From Bugula neritina (Eukaryota; Animalia; Bryozoa), in assembly GCA_964035545.1 (NCBI GenBank), contig OZ037766.1, positions 3,586,722-3,650,721 on the forward strand: DNA of 64,000 bases, in the 5' to 3' direction. Below the pieces are notes generated by a model. It was not told the DNA's origin. It worked only from the letters and a program-made list of their open reading frames with translations, and did not search any database. A program made the position numbers and the translations under genes. Positions 38,322-51,878 of this stretch are shown here, piece by piece. Each line of letters begins with the position of its first letter. The stretch's first letter is position 1.

Positions 38322-41300
38322 TCAGTGTCTCGGATCTGTACTTTTGTATCATGTGTTAGACTTCTATAAAATATATACACGCAAATATTTGAATCTTTAT
38401 AATTTCTAGAACAAATCAAGCAAATCTTTAGATATACAATGTTATAGCAACACAAAGCAGAAAAGCATAAGAAATTTGAAATGATAAAAACAGGGAATAT
38501 CATGTGTTAGAATTTAGATTTTGTGTTGAACTCACCTGATCCTGGTATTCTCACGCATTTGTTGAATATTCTACCTGCATCAAACTTAAAGCCTGGGTCA
38601 CACTCACATATGGGTCTACCACTAGGAGCAATGCACACACCATTCCCACAGCTAAACCCAGCACAAGGATCTGGCACTATAAGAATATAGCAGAAGATTA
38701 TAAATAGTGGAAACCAAAATGTCTAGTAAATTTTTTGCCAAGTTGCAGGAACAATCAAATAAAAACGGCATAAGTAAACCTGTTAAGACAAAATCTAAGC
38801 TACTCTATTAATACTTACGTAGAAGGACACAGGTCTCCAGAACAGGGTTGTAAATATAGCCTGTGAAACATTCACATCTAGGTACATCATTAGGGGCGAC
38901 ACACCGCCCATTCTCACAAGTAAAGTACTTGCATGGATCTCTGCCTATACATTAAAAGAATACATCATCTCTGTAATTTTCACTAACCAAGCTGTTACTC
39001 AAAACTATAAATTCAAGTTAAACTAAAATAAACTGTTTAACTTTCAAGCAGATTATAGGATCAACATAGTATTTTATTTAAATTACAACTTACTGCATAC
39101 CATTTCAATGTTATAAGTTTTACATTGAATAAATTTGTATATACCTAACTTTAATTATATTATAGGTCTATGAAGATTTCAAGTCTACAATAATTTATGC
39201 TTTGTGGCTTATTGCCATCTTTCAAAATATCTCATAATATACTGCATTTATGTTATATTACCCTTTCTTGATATGTATTATATCTAATTAAAACAGTTTA
39301 TGGAAACAAGATTTTTTAATAGCAAATATAACTTATACTTACTTATTTGGCTTTGTACTGCGCTTAAGCACAAAGTAGCAATTACAACTGCAGCAGTCAA
39401 ATAACCCTTCATCTTGTAACTAGTAGCCTAACCTTCCAGATATGTTGGCCTTCGCAGAATGATTCTGTCTTTTATATGATAAAAATTGAACAGTCCGGTA
39501 AAGTGTTGAAAACAAACCAAAGGCAACTTATATCATGATTGTTTATTGTTTGAAAGCACTGCATCTCCTAGGAAATGGAGTGTTGCAATAGGGTGGAAAC
39601 TTACATCTGCAGTAACAACAGATTAGATGCATACTAATGATGCAACTTTCAGTGAATTGTCTATTTCCTTGTCCTGTTTCCTTACTGAAAGGTTTGAATG
39701 GTTTTGATCCAAACACTTTCCATGATATTACTGTGTTTATGAATTGTTAGTTGCCATTGGCAACAGCAAAGCTTTCTATCATATTACTGTGCGTTTATGA
39801 ATACTTTGTTTTGGCAACATGCAACATCACTTTCAAATTTAAGTAAGATTGGGAATAATTTTTTTTGACATAAGTATTGCAGGGGCAGCAGAAAAAAAAA
39901 CCAATTTTAGTAACGGACAGCTCCTATATAATATACCAAAGGGTAAAGGTCATGCTGAAAACTTTTTTACTGCTAATGAAATAAAACTTTACTATTTAGA
40001 TTTTGCTTGTTTATATATATTTGATTTGCAAAAAATGTATGACCACATTTTAAATTGCAGGAACTATATTTAATTGTGCTCATTGTTTAACAAAGCTACA
40101 ATTTATAATTAATGTAGACTTGTAGAATTGGTTTTTAATTTACATATATATTCTCTTTTGATTCCTAGGATAAGCAAATGATAGAATTTTTTCAACATAT
40201 TTACAAAAATCGGTATTTGAACTCACAAAAAACTAATAGGGTATACAAATTATTGGATTGTATAAAGGCAACCAAGTGGGTAGTGATTTTAATACTATAC
40301 TATATACTAGCACAATATGAGAACTTTATCAAAATGTATTAAAATGCATTTGTTGTCTAATATTTAAAACCCATCGGTTTAGTAGGCTGGCACACGCTTG
40401 GCTTATAGGGTTGATCCCTGGTGCTAGAACCATAATTTTTTTTAACTAAGTTTTTGCTATTTAGCTTTTGTTATTAAGCATGGAAGCATACTATGTTGGC
40501 CTAACACAGCTTAAACAGTCTTCTTAGCATAACGTTCTTGGGCATTGCCAGGCTAGCTATAGATACATAATATATCCTTTATTATACGTGCATATAATAA
40601 AATATACATATATTGAATGAATAACAAACGTTTTGATTATTTAACAATTATATTTCAGTCAAATAAGTTGTAAAAACATGACAACAATTGAGATGAATCC
40701 TATAGGTCTTGAAAGGTATTTGAAATCTGTATATAGGCGGTTGCTTTTGCTGGTCTAGGGATCTAGAAAATGCAAAATATACAATCCTATTATGTCAATT
40801 TTACCTCTTGAGTTTATGCATGTAACTTTATTTACATTCACATTTTATTTATACATTTTTATAATAGATATAGCTAAAATATAAAACTCTTACCGATTTA
40901 AAAGATATGCATAAACTGATGGTGGTAAAACTCATGCTTACCAAATGGTTTCTTCACACATTTGTTAACTCGTAAAGTTGGGTCAAAGTAATACCCATCG
41001 TCACAAATGCAGGTTGGTTCTCCAAGACCCATGTCACAGAGTCCATTGCCACAATCAAATCTATCACAGCCTGCATTATAATATACTCATCAGATATGTT
41101 TATCTATGAGTCATGTATCAGTGTTTATACATTACAATATGAGTCATGTATTGGTGTTTATACATTCCTGTATGAGTCATGTATTGCTGTTTATACACCA
41201 CAACATGAGTGATGTAATATTGTTTATATACTAGAGCACAATCAAGCTATCTATTGCTGTGTATAAACAAAACATGAGTCACTGACACACCTATACTGTA

Positions 41301-41982
41301 TCATACACACTGACACATATATTGCTACGCTGTATCACACATGCTGACACATATAATATTGCTATATTGTATCACACACACTAACACATATATTGCTATA
41401 TTGCATCATATACATTGAGATATTGTATCATATAAACTGACACAAAAATGTAATATATATTATATAGTAAAGATATGCTGTTTTTCAGCTACCATTGTGA
41501 CTGAAACTCTATTTAAGCAGTATTAAAATGGGTACGTGATTAATAGCAGAATTGATGAAAAATAATATTCAATAACAAATCATTCAAAGTCATTCATTTA
41601 ATGAAGTATAAACAAACAAAACAAGGATAAATTTGTGAACAGTGTGTCCCCATTACTTTTATTAATTGTTTTAGAATTTGAAAAATCTAATAATTGTTTT
41701 TAAATTTAAAATCCCCACATTTTCCTTTTTCCAATAGATTTACAAACATGGAACAGTATTGAGCCTATAGCAAAATTTTTAGAATAAATGATTTCAATAA
41801 TCTATATAACATATACTATGTAACTAATATGTTGGAGAAAATTATTAAAAATCAAATTTTTAAAGTCTATTGAAAATTAAAAAAAGTTAGAGTTTGTTAA
41901 TCTGGTTATACTTACTGTGAAAACTGGCTGATATTGATAATCCTAAGCAGGCAAGAATAACTACTATAGCTAAAAGTTTCAT
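38322..41982 (-). CDS. secreted EGF-repeat protein, gene C (signal peptide + 3 EGF-like), ~158 aa
   Basis: Exons 41982-41916 (MKLLAIVVILACLGLSISASFH), 41070-40942 (CDRFDCGNGLCDMGLGEPTCICDDGYYFDPTLRVNKC), 38944-38819 (DPCKYFTCENGRCVAPNDVPRCECFTGYIYNPVLETC), 38676-38536 (DPCAGFSCGNGVCIAPSGRPICECDPGFKFDAGRIFNKC). Probable last exon 38335-38322 (DPRH*; weaker acceptor, AATAAA on - near 38280). Confidence 0.82.
41105..41445. repeat. two adjacent ~33-bp minisatellites in gene C intron 1
   Basis: ATGAGTCATGTATT..TGTTTATACA units (41105-41281), followed by CTGACACATATATTGCTATATTGTATCA units. Confidence 0.7.
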
Positions 41983-42204
41983 CTTTAGAGTATTTTACTT
42001 TGTCAATTATATGCACTAACAGATTTACTTTCAGAGGTGGTCCAAATCAAAATGCACTTAACCTGAATTGCTATGTCCGTATTTAAGTGCTTTACCTGAT
42101 TCATAGCTAGACATACAAGGAAATGCATGAAACTAATGCCAAGTTGCACTCATGTCAACAGTTTCTATAGCAACAGTATAATTAAACAAACATATTTGTT
42201 TTAT

Positions 42205-42368
42205 ACACACACACACACACGCACACACACACGCGCACACACACGCTCACGCTCGCACGCTCACGCTCACAGGCTCACGCTCACACGCTCACGCTCACAC
42301 GCTCACACGCTCACACTCACACGCTCACACTCACACGCTCACACTCACACGCTCACACTCACACGCGC
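42205..42368. repeat. (CA)n/(CACGCT)n compound microsatellite upstream of gene C
   Basis: Direct reading. Confidence 0.95.
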
Positions 42369-43435
42369 ACCACCAAATTATTGTACGATTTATAGCTAGT
42401 CTATTGTTATGACAAATTCATAAGTACAGCTTATTAGAACCAGCTAAAGCCAGAAAAATAAATAAGTATTTATTTTTTGCTTAGATGCAACTCTTTATGA
42501 TGGCGTGTTTGGTTCAGGCATTGACTGTCATCGGATTATGCTAAAAATACAAAGCATGATGCAAGACTAAGTAGTGCGTTTTCAGACTCATGTTTTTTGC
42601 AATAGTCTGAATGATCAACTAGCTTGAAATAACATGTAACTGAAAAGTGAAAGACACCATTCAGCGAGTTAATATAATGAGAAGATGATATTTTAATAAA
42701 AATTATAGATTAGAATAAAAATGTTTTTGCCATATGATTATTTTACTTCAATTTAGCAACTATAGGCTGTTTATATTGGTTAAACTCATGTATGCAAAGA
42801 TTCGTATATTGAAACATCTTCTAAATATCTGGATAAATTTATACCTAATACAGAAAGTGAAAGCTATATAAACATGTTATAACAAAGATAATTTTTAAAT
42901 ATTTTCATGTCATTTGATTGTACACCATTTGTGTCAATAAAATCAATTGTGCTTGTAACTTCTGATATAAATTGGATTTCTTCAAGTCATTTATAAAGCT
43001 GTTTGTGCTTTTCAACAAAACCGAGCTAAGAACTGCATATCAATATACCACACTTTTGCTGTATAGTATTATTGTAGAGCAATGATGTTATTCATATTTA
43101 ATAGTTCTTTACTCTCAGCATTACCTCTTTGAAAAAATATTTTTTTGCAAAGCAGACAAAATAACTTCATTAATCATTCAATCAAGAAAGTTCCAGTTTG
43201 CCTTTCACAAGCAATTTATTTTTAAAGCAGACCTGCTAAAGATACAATTGAGAATTAAAAATGGGTTACATTTATTTTTACACAAATGCGGTATGAGAAG
43301 AAATTAGTAATAATGTTATCACCATTATTAAAACTATTATACTTGTTTTAAGTTAAATTTAGATGTCGAAGGGTTTGCTGCTTGACTGCGTTTCATTTCA
43401 AAGTTCTCCTGCTTATTCAAAGTTTTCTCTAAAAT

Positions 43436-45334
43436 TTACCTGTAAAAGTAAAAGCAGCTAATACATTTATAATACTAAAAAAGTAAATGCTTTGGTTTTT
43501 TAAAAATAAAGCTGCATGAAATAAAAATGGTTGTCTTGCAATCCTAAATGCATAAGATCAGATATCAGAGCATATCAAACTGAATAAATATTATTATATC
43601 ATCTTACTGGATCCATGAACTTCTCACACATTTGTCAACTTTTCTTGTTGGATCGAACACAAATCCAGGCTCACATAAGCAGATAGGGGCATCAGCTGGG
43701 GCAACACATCTTCCATTGCCACAATCAAATCCAGAGCAGGGATCTTGAACTAAAATTCATTTTCAGTCATTTAAACAAATAATATTACAAAAGTAATTAA
43801 ACCACTTTTCAATAAAAATATAATGTTTATGAGAAAGTCTTATAACTTAAGAGTTTGCAACTATAGCTGCATTCTGAAAAGCTATGTTAAGTATATGATT
43901 TTGCTTCAGTTATAAAATATTTGTTTATCATTGCAGCAGTGTTAAAGATATTATACAATGTTATATTTTAAGTAAACTTTAATTTAAGCTGTAAAATGTT
44001 TGGTAAATATTGCTTCAGATGTTAGTTTGTTCTTTAGTCGAAGTAGCAGTCATGTGTCAACACGTACTTACCCACTAGACGAACACAAGTCTGTAATTTT
44101 TCAACAAAAACATAGCCTTTGTCACAGATACAGATAGGTTTGTCTGCAGGGGCAGTGCATTCTCCCATCCCACAATCAATTGTGGCACAAGGATCATAAA
44201 CTATAACCACACCAACAAATAATTAGGCTGACAACTTAACTATAATATCTTCACATGAAATCTCATTGTTAACAAAAGTATTAGTATATCAGAGAATCAA
44301 GGACAACTCTACACTTACTAACTAGTCGAACACAAGTTTGAATGGCAGGGTTATAAGTATAGCCTGGGTCACATATGCAAATAGGTTTGTCAGCGGGGGC
44401 TGTACACCTTCCCTTTCCACAATCAATAGTATCACAAGGATCATGAACTAAAATAAAATTGTAAACTATATAAATTAACGTTGCAAGTTTATTTGGGCAA
44501 AACAACATTTTTGAAGCATAAGCTAAAAAGCAAAACACAAGCTTACTTTAAAATACAATACATGCTTTAACATTAGCTTGAATGCTATAAAAAGTTTACC
44601 ATTCTTTCAAAATATTATTTTTATTGAATATGATAAACTATGATTCAAAATAATTATTTTAACGCTCTACAGGTTTAATTGAACTGGTTATAGATGCATG
44701 TTTCTATAATGGTGATTTCTTATCAGATTATTTGAATTCCTGCACTTACTCCATGCATATACACTTACTATATTTGGTTACTACTTACTTATGAGCCGAA
44801 CACAAGTTTTAATATCAGGATTGTAAGTATAGCCCTCATCACATATACAGAATGGAAAATCAGCGGGTGCAGTGCAAGTGCCCCTCCCACAGTCAAAACC
44901 AGCACAGGGATCTCGAACTAAAAATACAGAAAACACTTCTAAAGTTAGATTTTACTTCAAATATAGTTTTTATTATTTTAATTTCACTAACCACTTAAAA
45001 AACTAAAACATAAATTACTTCTATAAATTGTTGTCAAGACTGTATTATTTCGCTATACATATAACAATGTATTTGCTTTTGCTATGAAGCTAAAATATAC
45101 AAAAAAGTAAAAAGCTTTAGTATAAGCAAATATATCTTTATGCGGATATTATGTTGAAATTTAATATTTGGTAAATTCATGAGTTTCACATTTTCACGTT
45201 CACAAATAGTTGAACAGAATTGTTTTAAATTTTTAAATGATCATAAAATTGACTAAAAAGGAATACTTACTGTAACTAGCTAATGTAGCTGAGCTAAAAA
45301 TAGCAACAACTACTAGTATTATGTAACTCTTCAT
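43436..45334 (-). CDS. secreted EGF-repeat protein, gene D (signal peptide + 4 EGF-like), ~198 aa
   Basis: Exons 45334-45271 (MKSYIILVVVAIFSSATLASY), 44917-44789, 44447-44319, 44200-44072 (each 129 nt, phase 1-1), 43749-43608, 43439-43436 (G+TAA). Repeat consensus DPCxxxDCGxGxCxAPADxPxCxCxxG(Y/F)x(Y/F)xxxxxxCVR. TATA-like TATATAAAA on - near 45407-45416. Confidence 0.9.
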
Positions 45335-45626
45335 CTTTACCTAGAAGTTGATAGTAGCTATCGAATAGTTGAGATATGCTTGTAATGACTTACTGTGAAA
45401 CCTCCGCTTTTATATATATACTAGTAGACCGATTATGGAAATAATCACATCCTTCTCAAGTTCGAAGTCTCTTGCGCATTATGATTTATTACTGTTTAAA
45501 CGTGTCAATACAATGCAAAAGAAAAGATTGCCATTGTAGCTTGCATAAGTTTACTTCCTAGTTCATTGTCTTTTTACTGCCTGATTCATAGGAATATACT
45601 AACACATGTCTCAGTCAATTGTTAAG

Positions 45627-47756
45627 TACATTTGAACTAGAATACATTTGAACTAGAATACATTTGAACTAGAATACATTTGAACTAGAATACATTTGAA
45701 CTAGAATACATTTGAACTAGAATACATTTGAACTAGAATACATTTGAACTAGAATACATTTGAACTAGAATACATTTGAACTAGAATACATTTGAACTAG
45801 AATACATTTGAACTAGAATACATTTGAACTAGAATACATTTGAACTAGAATACATTTGAACTAGAATACATTTGAACTATAGAATACATTTGAACTAGAA
45901 TACATTTGAACTAGAATACATTTGAACTAGAATACATTTGAACTAGAATACATTTGAACTAGAATACATTTGAACTAGAATACATTTGAACTAGAATACA
46001 TTTGAACTAGAATACATTTGAACTAGAATACATTTGAACTAGAATACATTTGAACTAGAATACATTTGAACTAGAATACATTTGAACTAGAATACATTTG
46101 AACTAGAATACATTTGAACTAGAATACATTTGAACTAGAATACATTTGAACTAGAATACATTTGAACTAGAATACATTTGAACTAGAATACATTTGAACT
46201 AGAATACATTTGAACTAGAATACATTTGAACTAGAATACATTTGAACTAGAATACATTTGAACTAGAATACATTTGAACTAGAATACATTTGAACTAGAA
46301 TACATTTGAACTAGAATACATTTGAACTAGAATACATTTGAACTAGAATACATTTGAACTAGAATACATTTGAACTAGAATACATTTGAACTAGAATACA
46401 TTTGAACTAGAATACATTTGAACTAGAATACATTTGAACTAGAATACATTTGAACTAGAATACATTTGAACTAGAATACATTTGAACTAGAACACATTTG
46501 AACTAGAATACATTTGAACTAGAATACATTTGAACTAGAATACATTTGAACTAGAATACATTTGAACTAGAATACATTTGAACTAGAATACATTTGAACT
46601 AGAATACATTTGAACTAGAATACATTTGAACTAGAATACATTTGAACTAGAATACATTTGAACTAGAATACATTTGAACTAGAATACATTTGAACTAGAA
46701 TACATTTGAACTAGAATACATTTGAACTAGAATACATTTGAACTAGAATACATTTGAACTAGAATACATTTGAACTAGAATACATTTGAACTAGAATACA
46801 TTTGAACTAGAATACATTTGAACTAGAATACATTTGAACTAGAATACATTTGAACTAGAATACATTTGAACTAGAATACATTTGAACTAGAATACATTTG
46901 AACTAGAATACATTTGAACTAGAATACATTTGAACTAGAATACATTTGAACTAGAATACATTTGAACTAGAATACATTTGAACTAGAATACATTTGAACT
47001 AGAATACATTTGAACTAGAATACATTTGAACTAGAATACATTTGAACTAGAATACATTTGAACTATAGAATACATTTGAACTAGAATACATTTGAACTAG
47101 AATACATTTGAACTAGAATACATTTGAACTAGAATACATTTGAACTAGAATACATTTGAACTAGAATACATTTGAACTAGAATACATTTGAACTAGAATA
47201 CATTTGAACTAGAATACATTTGAACTAGAATACATTTGAACTAGAATACATTTGAACTAGAATACATTTGAACTAGAATACATTTGAACTAGAATACATT
47301 TGAACTAGAATACATTTGAACTAGAATACATTTGAACTAGAATACATTTGAACTAGAATACATTTGAACTAGAATACATTTGAACTATAGAATACATTTG
47401 AACTAGAATACATTTGAACTAGAATACATTTGAACTAGAATACATTTGAACTAGAATACATTTGAACTAGAATACATTTGAACTATAGAATACATTTGAA
47501 CTAGAATACATTTGAACTAGAATACATTTGAACTAGAATACATTTGAACTAGAATACATTTGAACTAGAATACATTTGAACTAGAATACATTTGAACTAG
47601 AATACATTTGAACTAGAATACATTTGAACTAGAATACATTTGAACTAGAATACATTTGAACTAGAATACATTTGAACTAGAATACATTTGAACTAGAATA
47701 CATTTGAACTAGAATACATTTGAACTAGAATACATTTGAACTAGAATACATTTGAA
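45627..47756. repeat. highly homogeneous 16-bp tandem array (TACATTTGAACTAGAA)n, ~133 copies
   Basis: Five units per 80 nt. The only variants seen are four +TA units (~45879, 47064, 47388, 47484) and one T>C (~46493). Confidence 0.98.
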
Positions 47757-48147
47757 GTCTTCTACTGTTAGTGTGAAACACTTCATCATATTTTTTTGAC
47801 CAAAGAAGTTTGACATAGATTGACTTACATAGATAAATCTTTTATGTTTTTGAAGGTTTATATTAGTCTTCTAATTTCCCGTGGAGTTTTTAGGGTAAAA
47901 ATTTTACTGTGTACCAAAACTAGTGCTAAAAGATTATTTAGATTCAAATAAAATAAAAATTCAAGTAATTTCTTGCAGCTAGTAATTAAAGTTATATTTT
48001 AAATTTTCAAAGTGACTTGCAATAGGAACATACAATATTGAATAGTCAAAACTCATCTTTTAAGGAAATATAAACATTTTTGGCTTTACGTTTTAAGACA
48101 TTGAAAATTGTTGGTAGAATTCACTTTATGCAGCTGCATGAGAAAGT

Positions 48148-48442
48148 GGGTCATTTTACTTATTTTAGTACACACTGAAAATCTCCAGTTTTTAGCTGTT
48201 GTTCACAAATTAGCTGCTAATAACCAAGAGCTTTTGCCTAAAACTAGTAAAATATAAATGAATACACCTAAATAATCAAGGTTCTTTTTAATCTTGCTTA
48301 ATTTCCTATAAGTTTTTCCTAATTATTCAGCTACTTTTGATTTCGGAGAATTATGGTGTTTTCATTACACTCTGCAATAACTTGTGAATAATAGCTAAAA
48401 ACTAGAGATTTCCAGTGTGTACTAAAATAAGTAAAATGACCC
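48148..48442. mobile_element. MITE / non-autonomous DNA transposon, 295 bp
   Basis: ~65-bp imperfect TIRs GGGTCATTTTACTTATTTTAGTACACACTG.../...CAGTGTGTACTAAAATAAGTAAAATGACCC, with 4-bp TSD AAGT (48144-47, 48443-46). Confidence 0.88.
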
Positions 48443-50399
48443 AAGTTGTTTAATATAAGAATAATAAAAAGCTAAAAGTCAACAGAATAACAAGGCTTTG
48501 GTACTTACAATATTTACTGGAAGAATGAAAACTTCACAAAAGACAAGATAAATTATTTTGGCAGACTTCTAATGTCACATGCATAATTTTTTCAGAATTT
48601 ATGATAATATCTGGGAAGTTAAGTTAATTTATGATCTTGTTGAGCTATATGGTATTTAAGCCTATATTTAATAATGTCATTAGTACAACTAACGAGAGAA
48701 AAGCTAACTCTTCACTTATCATTGCAGATGGTGTTGCATAATCACAATTATCAAGGCGGCATGTTTGTTGTATGATTTTAAAATATATTTTACTCGCTCA
48801 AATTTACGCTAATTAAAGTTCGATCTAAAAGTAAAACTGATGTCTGAAAATTGCTGTATTAAACAATGTAGCATGTGTTGAGTTAACTGCGGGTATAATT
48901 TAAATACCAGCCAAACAAAAAGACTATAAAATAAAAACATATATTAATCAACAATGCAAGTTGCTCTATGCATAATTAGACAATTAATCATCCAACATTA
49001 GTCCTTTATGTAGGACCTACTCAGTTTTCATAGTTTTTGTTACGTGCGGTTTTCAGGTACACAAAGCAAAATCCTGGAACTCAAGGAAGTTTATTTCCTT
49101 AAAAAAATTCAAACCTTGATATGCTGTGCAACAAAACTTTCAACTGAATCATATACTTTAGTGATTCACTTATGATTATTTTAAATATCAACATTTTCAG
49201 TAGAATTTTATTACAATCTGTCCTGAATGATGCAAGAAATTTACCTTGCTGAGTTATTACTATAATTTTTCTGCAATAAATTTCAGGTTTTTGTGTAGTC
49301 TACCCCCTAAAATTGTAGAAAAAATAGCACCAATTTACACGAAAGATTATAGCTCTAATATATACTACTTGTTGTGTAATTACGTGCTTGCTTAGTTATA
49401 ACTATATAGTAGTGCTAAAATTGCGCTCCATTTAAAGGTTACATTCTATCTTGCTTAGAATTTTTCAGGGCAAACTTAGTTAGTATAACTGTAAAAGACA
49501 AGCTTGGTAAGCATTTATAAAATGAAAAATAAAGATAAATTGTAACAGTCAATATTCTGACACCCGAAGAGTTTCAAACATAATGTCAATTAATTATCTG
49601 TTGAAAGAATGTCAAAACATAAAAAGAGTAAATGTTGCTTCTCCATAGTTACCATAGAATATGCAGTGTTATGCCTATTAATTGTTTGTATTTAGAATAA
49701 CTGTTATGACAAGAAAACATTGCACAATATTGTAGTAATGCTATATATTATAAATATGCTGCATAGGTTTACTGCATATCCAAAAAGGAGTAATGAGTGA
49801 GGGTATATAAATTTATTTATAAATTGTTATAGAAAACCCTTTTATAGCCATATATTTGGTATATATTTTGTAAAGTTTCAATCATTTTAAGTACCAGCTG
49901 CTCTTAAAGACTTATTAGCACCAAAATAGAAAAACTCATTAGTAAAACCTACAAGAGCAAATGTTGTGCAAAAGTGTGTGTTTGCTTGAGTGTCAAAGTT
50001 TAGTAAGGAAAAATGTTATACAGACAAATATTTTGCTTGGTCAGTTATTTTAAGGATAAGCAACTTGATCAAACTGTATTAAACAGAGAAGGCAATTCTT
50101 AATTTGCTTATTAGCTTTCTTGCAGGTTAGTTAAACTCTTCAACATCACCTTTTCATATAAGAATAATTTACTATATTAAATGCTTTTGCCCAGCAGCAT
50201 AGCATCGGCAAATCACACGATTTATTCTTGTTAAATTTACATTATGCCAGCTTTTTGTTTAGCCCTCAACAGAATTTCAATGTTTTGCATAAACAATTTT
50301 TAATCATAATAAAATGTGACAAGCTACACAGCATCTTTTGAATAAAATAGTTTTAGCCGATCCCAGCATTAATCAAACATTTATGACATTATAATCACT

Positions 50400-50501
50400 G
50401 TAAAATAATTGCCCCCACTGGGAATCGAACCGAGTCCCCTGGCTTGCAAGCAAGTGTGCTACCATTACACCACGGAGGCCACTGGGTATACTCAACACTA
50501 C
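50400..50501 (-). mobile_element. ~100-bp tRNA(Gln-like)-derived element with TSD
   Basis: TSD AATCACT (50393-99, 50502-08). Core GCCTCCGTGGTGTAATGGTAGCAC...GGTTCGATTCCCAGTGGGGGCA. Absent from the paralogous site at ~55583. Confidence 0.82.
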
Positions 50502-51153
50502 AATCACTTTTTGTGTCATGTCTGCAAATTTATTATTCATTGAGGTGATAATTTTTGACACCAGCTGAAAACAAAAACAGTTACATTGTTTTGACAACAA
50601 TTTCATTGTGTGAATTGAATAATAACGCAACAACTTGCCATATCTAGTTGCAAAAATCATGTTGCAAATAAATAAACAAATTCTTTTTAATGTAGCCTTG
50701 CCAGTAGGATGTTTAGCACCAGTAAAGGTTTTGCAACTAGATCAAGTGTTTTGACACTCTAAGACTTGTTATATTTTCATGCTAATTTCATTGTGCATGT
50801 TAAGTTTCAGAGAGTTTTACCAATAACATAAGAAGACAAACCTAATCTTATATTGTGTTTTTTAACAATAATTTAGAAAATCTTGGGAAAAGTTGGAGAA
50901 ATTTTATATCCTTCTAAAAGTTTGAATAGCTTATAACTCCAAGTTCCTCTAGAAGCTAGTAAGTTTTAATTTGCAAAAAATAAGTTAAGGAACAAAGTTA
51001 AAACTTTTTGTAAAACTCTCGATATTCATCAAAAACATAGACATAGAAAAATAAATACAACTTTAGAGGTTAATCATAGAAAATTTAACAACTTTAACTT
51101 TTAGTGTTATAAATGTTTTAATTTTGAAAACAATATAACCTATCTATTTTCAG

Positions 51154-51471
<318 letters not shown>

Positions 51472-51816
51472 CTATCAGGAAAACTGCCAGCTAGTGTCAT
51501 TGTATACAAGGATGTGACTGAATCCATCATGATAATTATTTAGTGACACCAAAATTAATCTAGCATGTAGCATTCATACGTTAATTAAATATTCATTAAA
51601 AACTTTCGTAAATAAAATAACATGAAACACTTTTACACTAAACTAAAAAAACACATTACCTCATTGAATCATAAAATTGCAACAAGATGAAACTATTTGT
51701 CCTTCCTGAACATGGAAATAAGTTTGGACAAAAATATACTGAGCATAAGGATCTTCTCCAAACTACACACACCATGCAATGTATTGCTAAATATATGTTG
51801 GTGACAACTCATTTAG

Positions 51817-51824
51817 TATATAAA
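51817..51824 (+). promoter_or_regulatory. TATA box of gene E
   Basis: TATATAAA ~55 nt upstream of the ATG; conserved in gene F (~56555-56562). Confidence 0.65.
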
Positions 51825-51878
51825 GAGCCTTGCATAGTGTGTAAATCATTCAACTCTATCTATTCAGCAAGATTCATC

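Larger units (their letters stand above)
28690..40200. repeat. segmental tandem duplication, copy 2
   Basis: Begins with SLC22 intron-2 sequence, then jumps at ~29568 to sequence equivalent to ~16030. It carries gene B and the 3' half of gene C. Confidence 0.85.

Noticed and set aside
39480-39800. Possible extra exon in gene C intron 2 (segment well conserved with ~27900-28200)
   Set aside because: No open frame with a Cys pattern and no compatible splice pair was found; the similarity is explained by the segmental duplication.
40370-40445. Possible decayed tRNA/SINE head
   Set aside because: A/B boxes are too degenerate and there is no second copy in the window.
50409-50481. Functional tRNA gene (also 7637-7708, 26502-26575 and the SINE heads)
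   Set aside because: Mismatched anticodon and T stems, a non-canonical loop size, TSDs and empty paralogous sites indicate mobile tRNA-derived elements.
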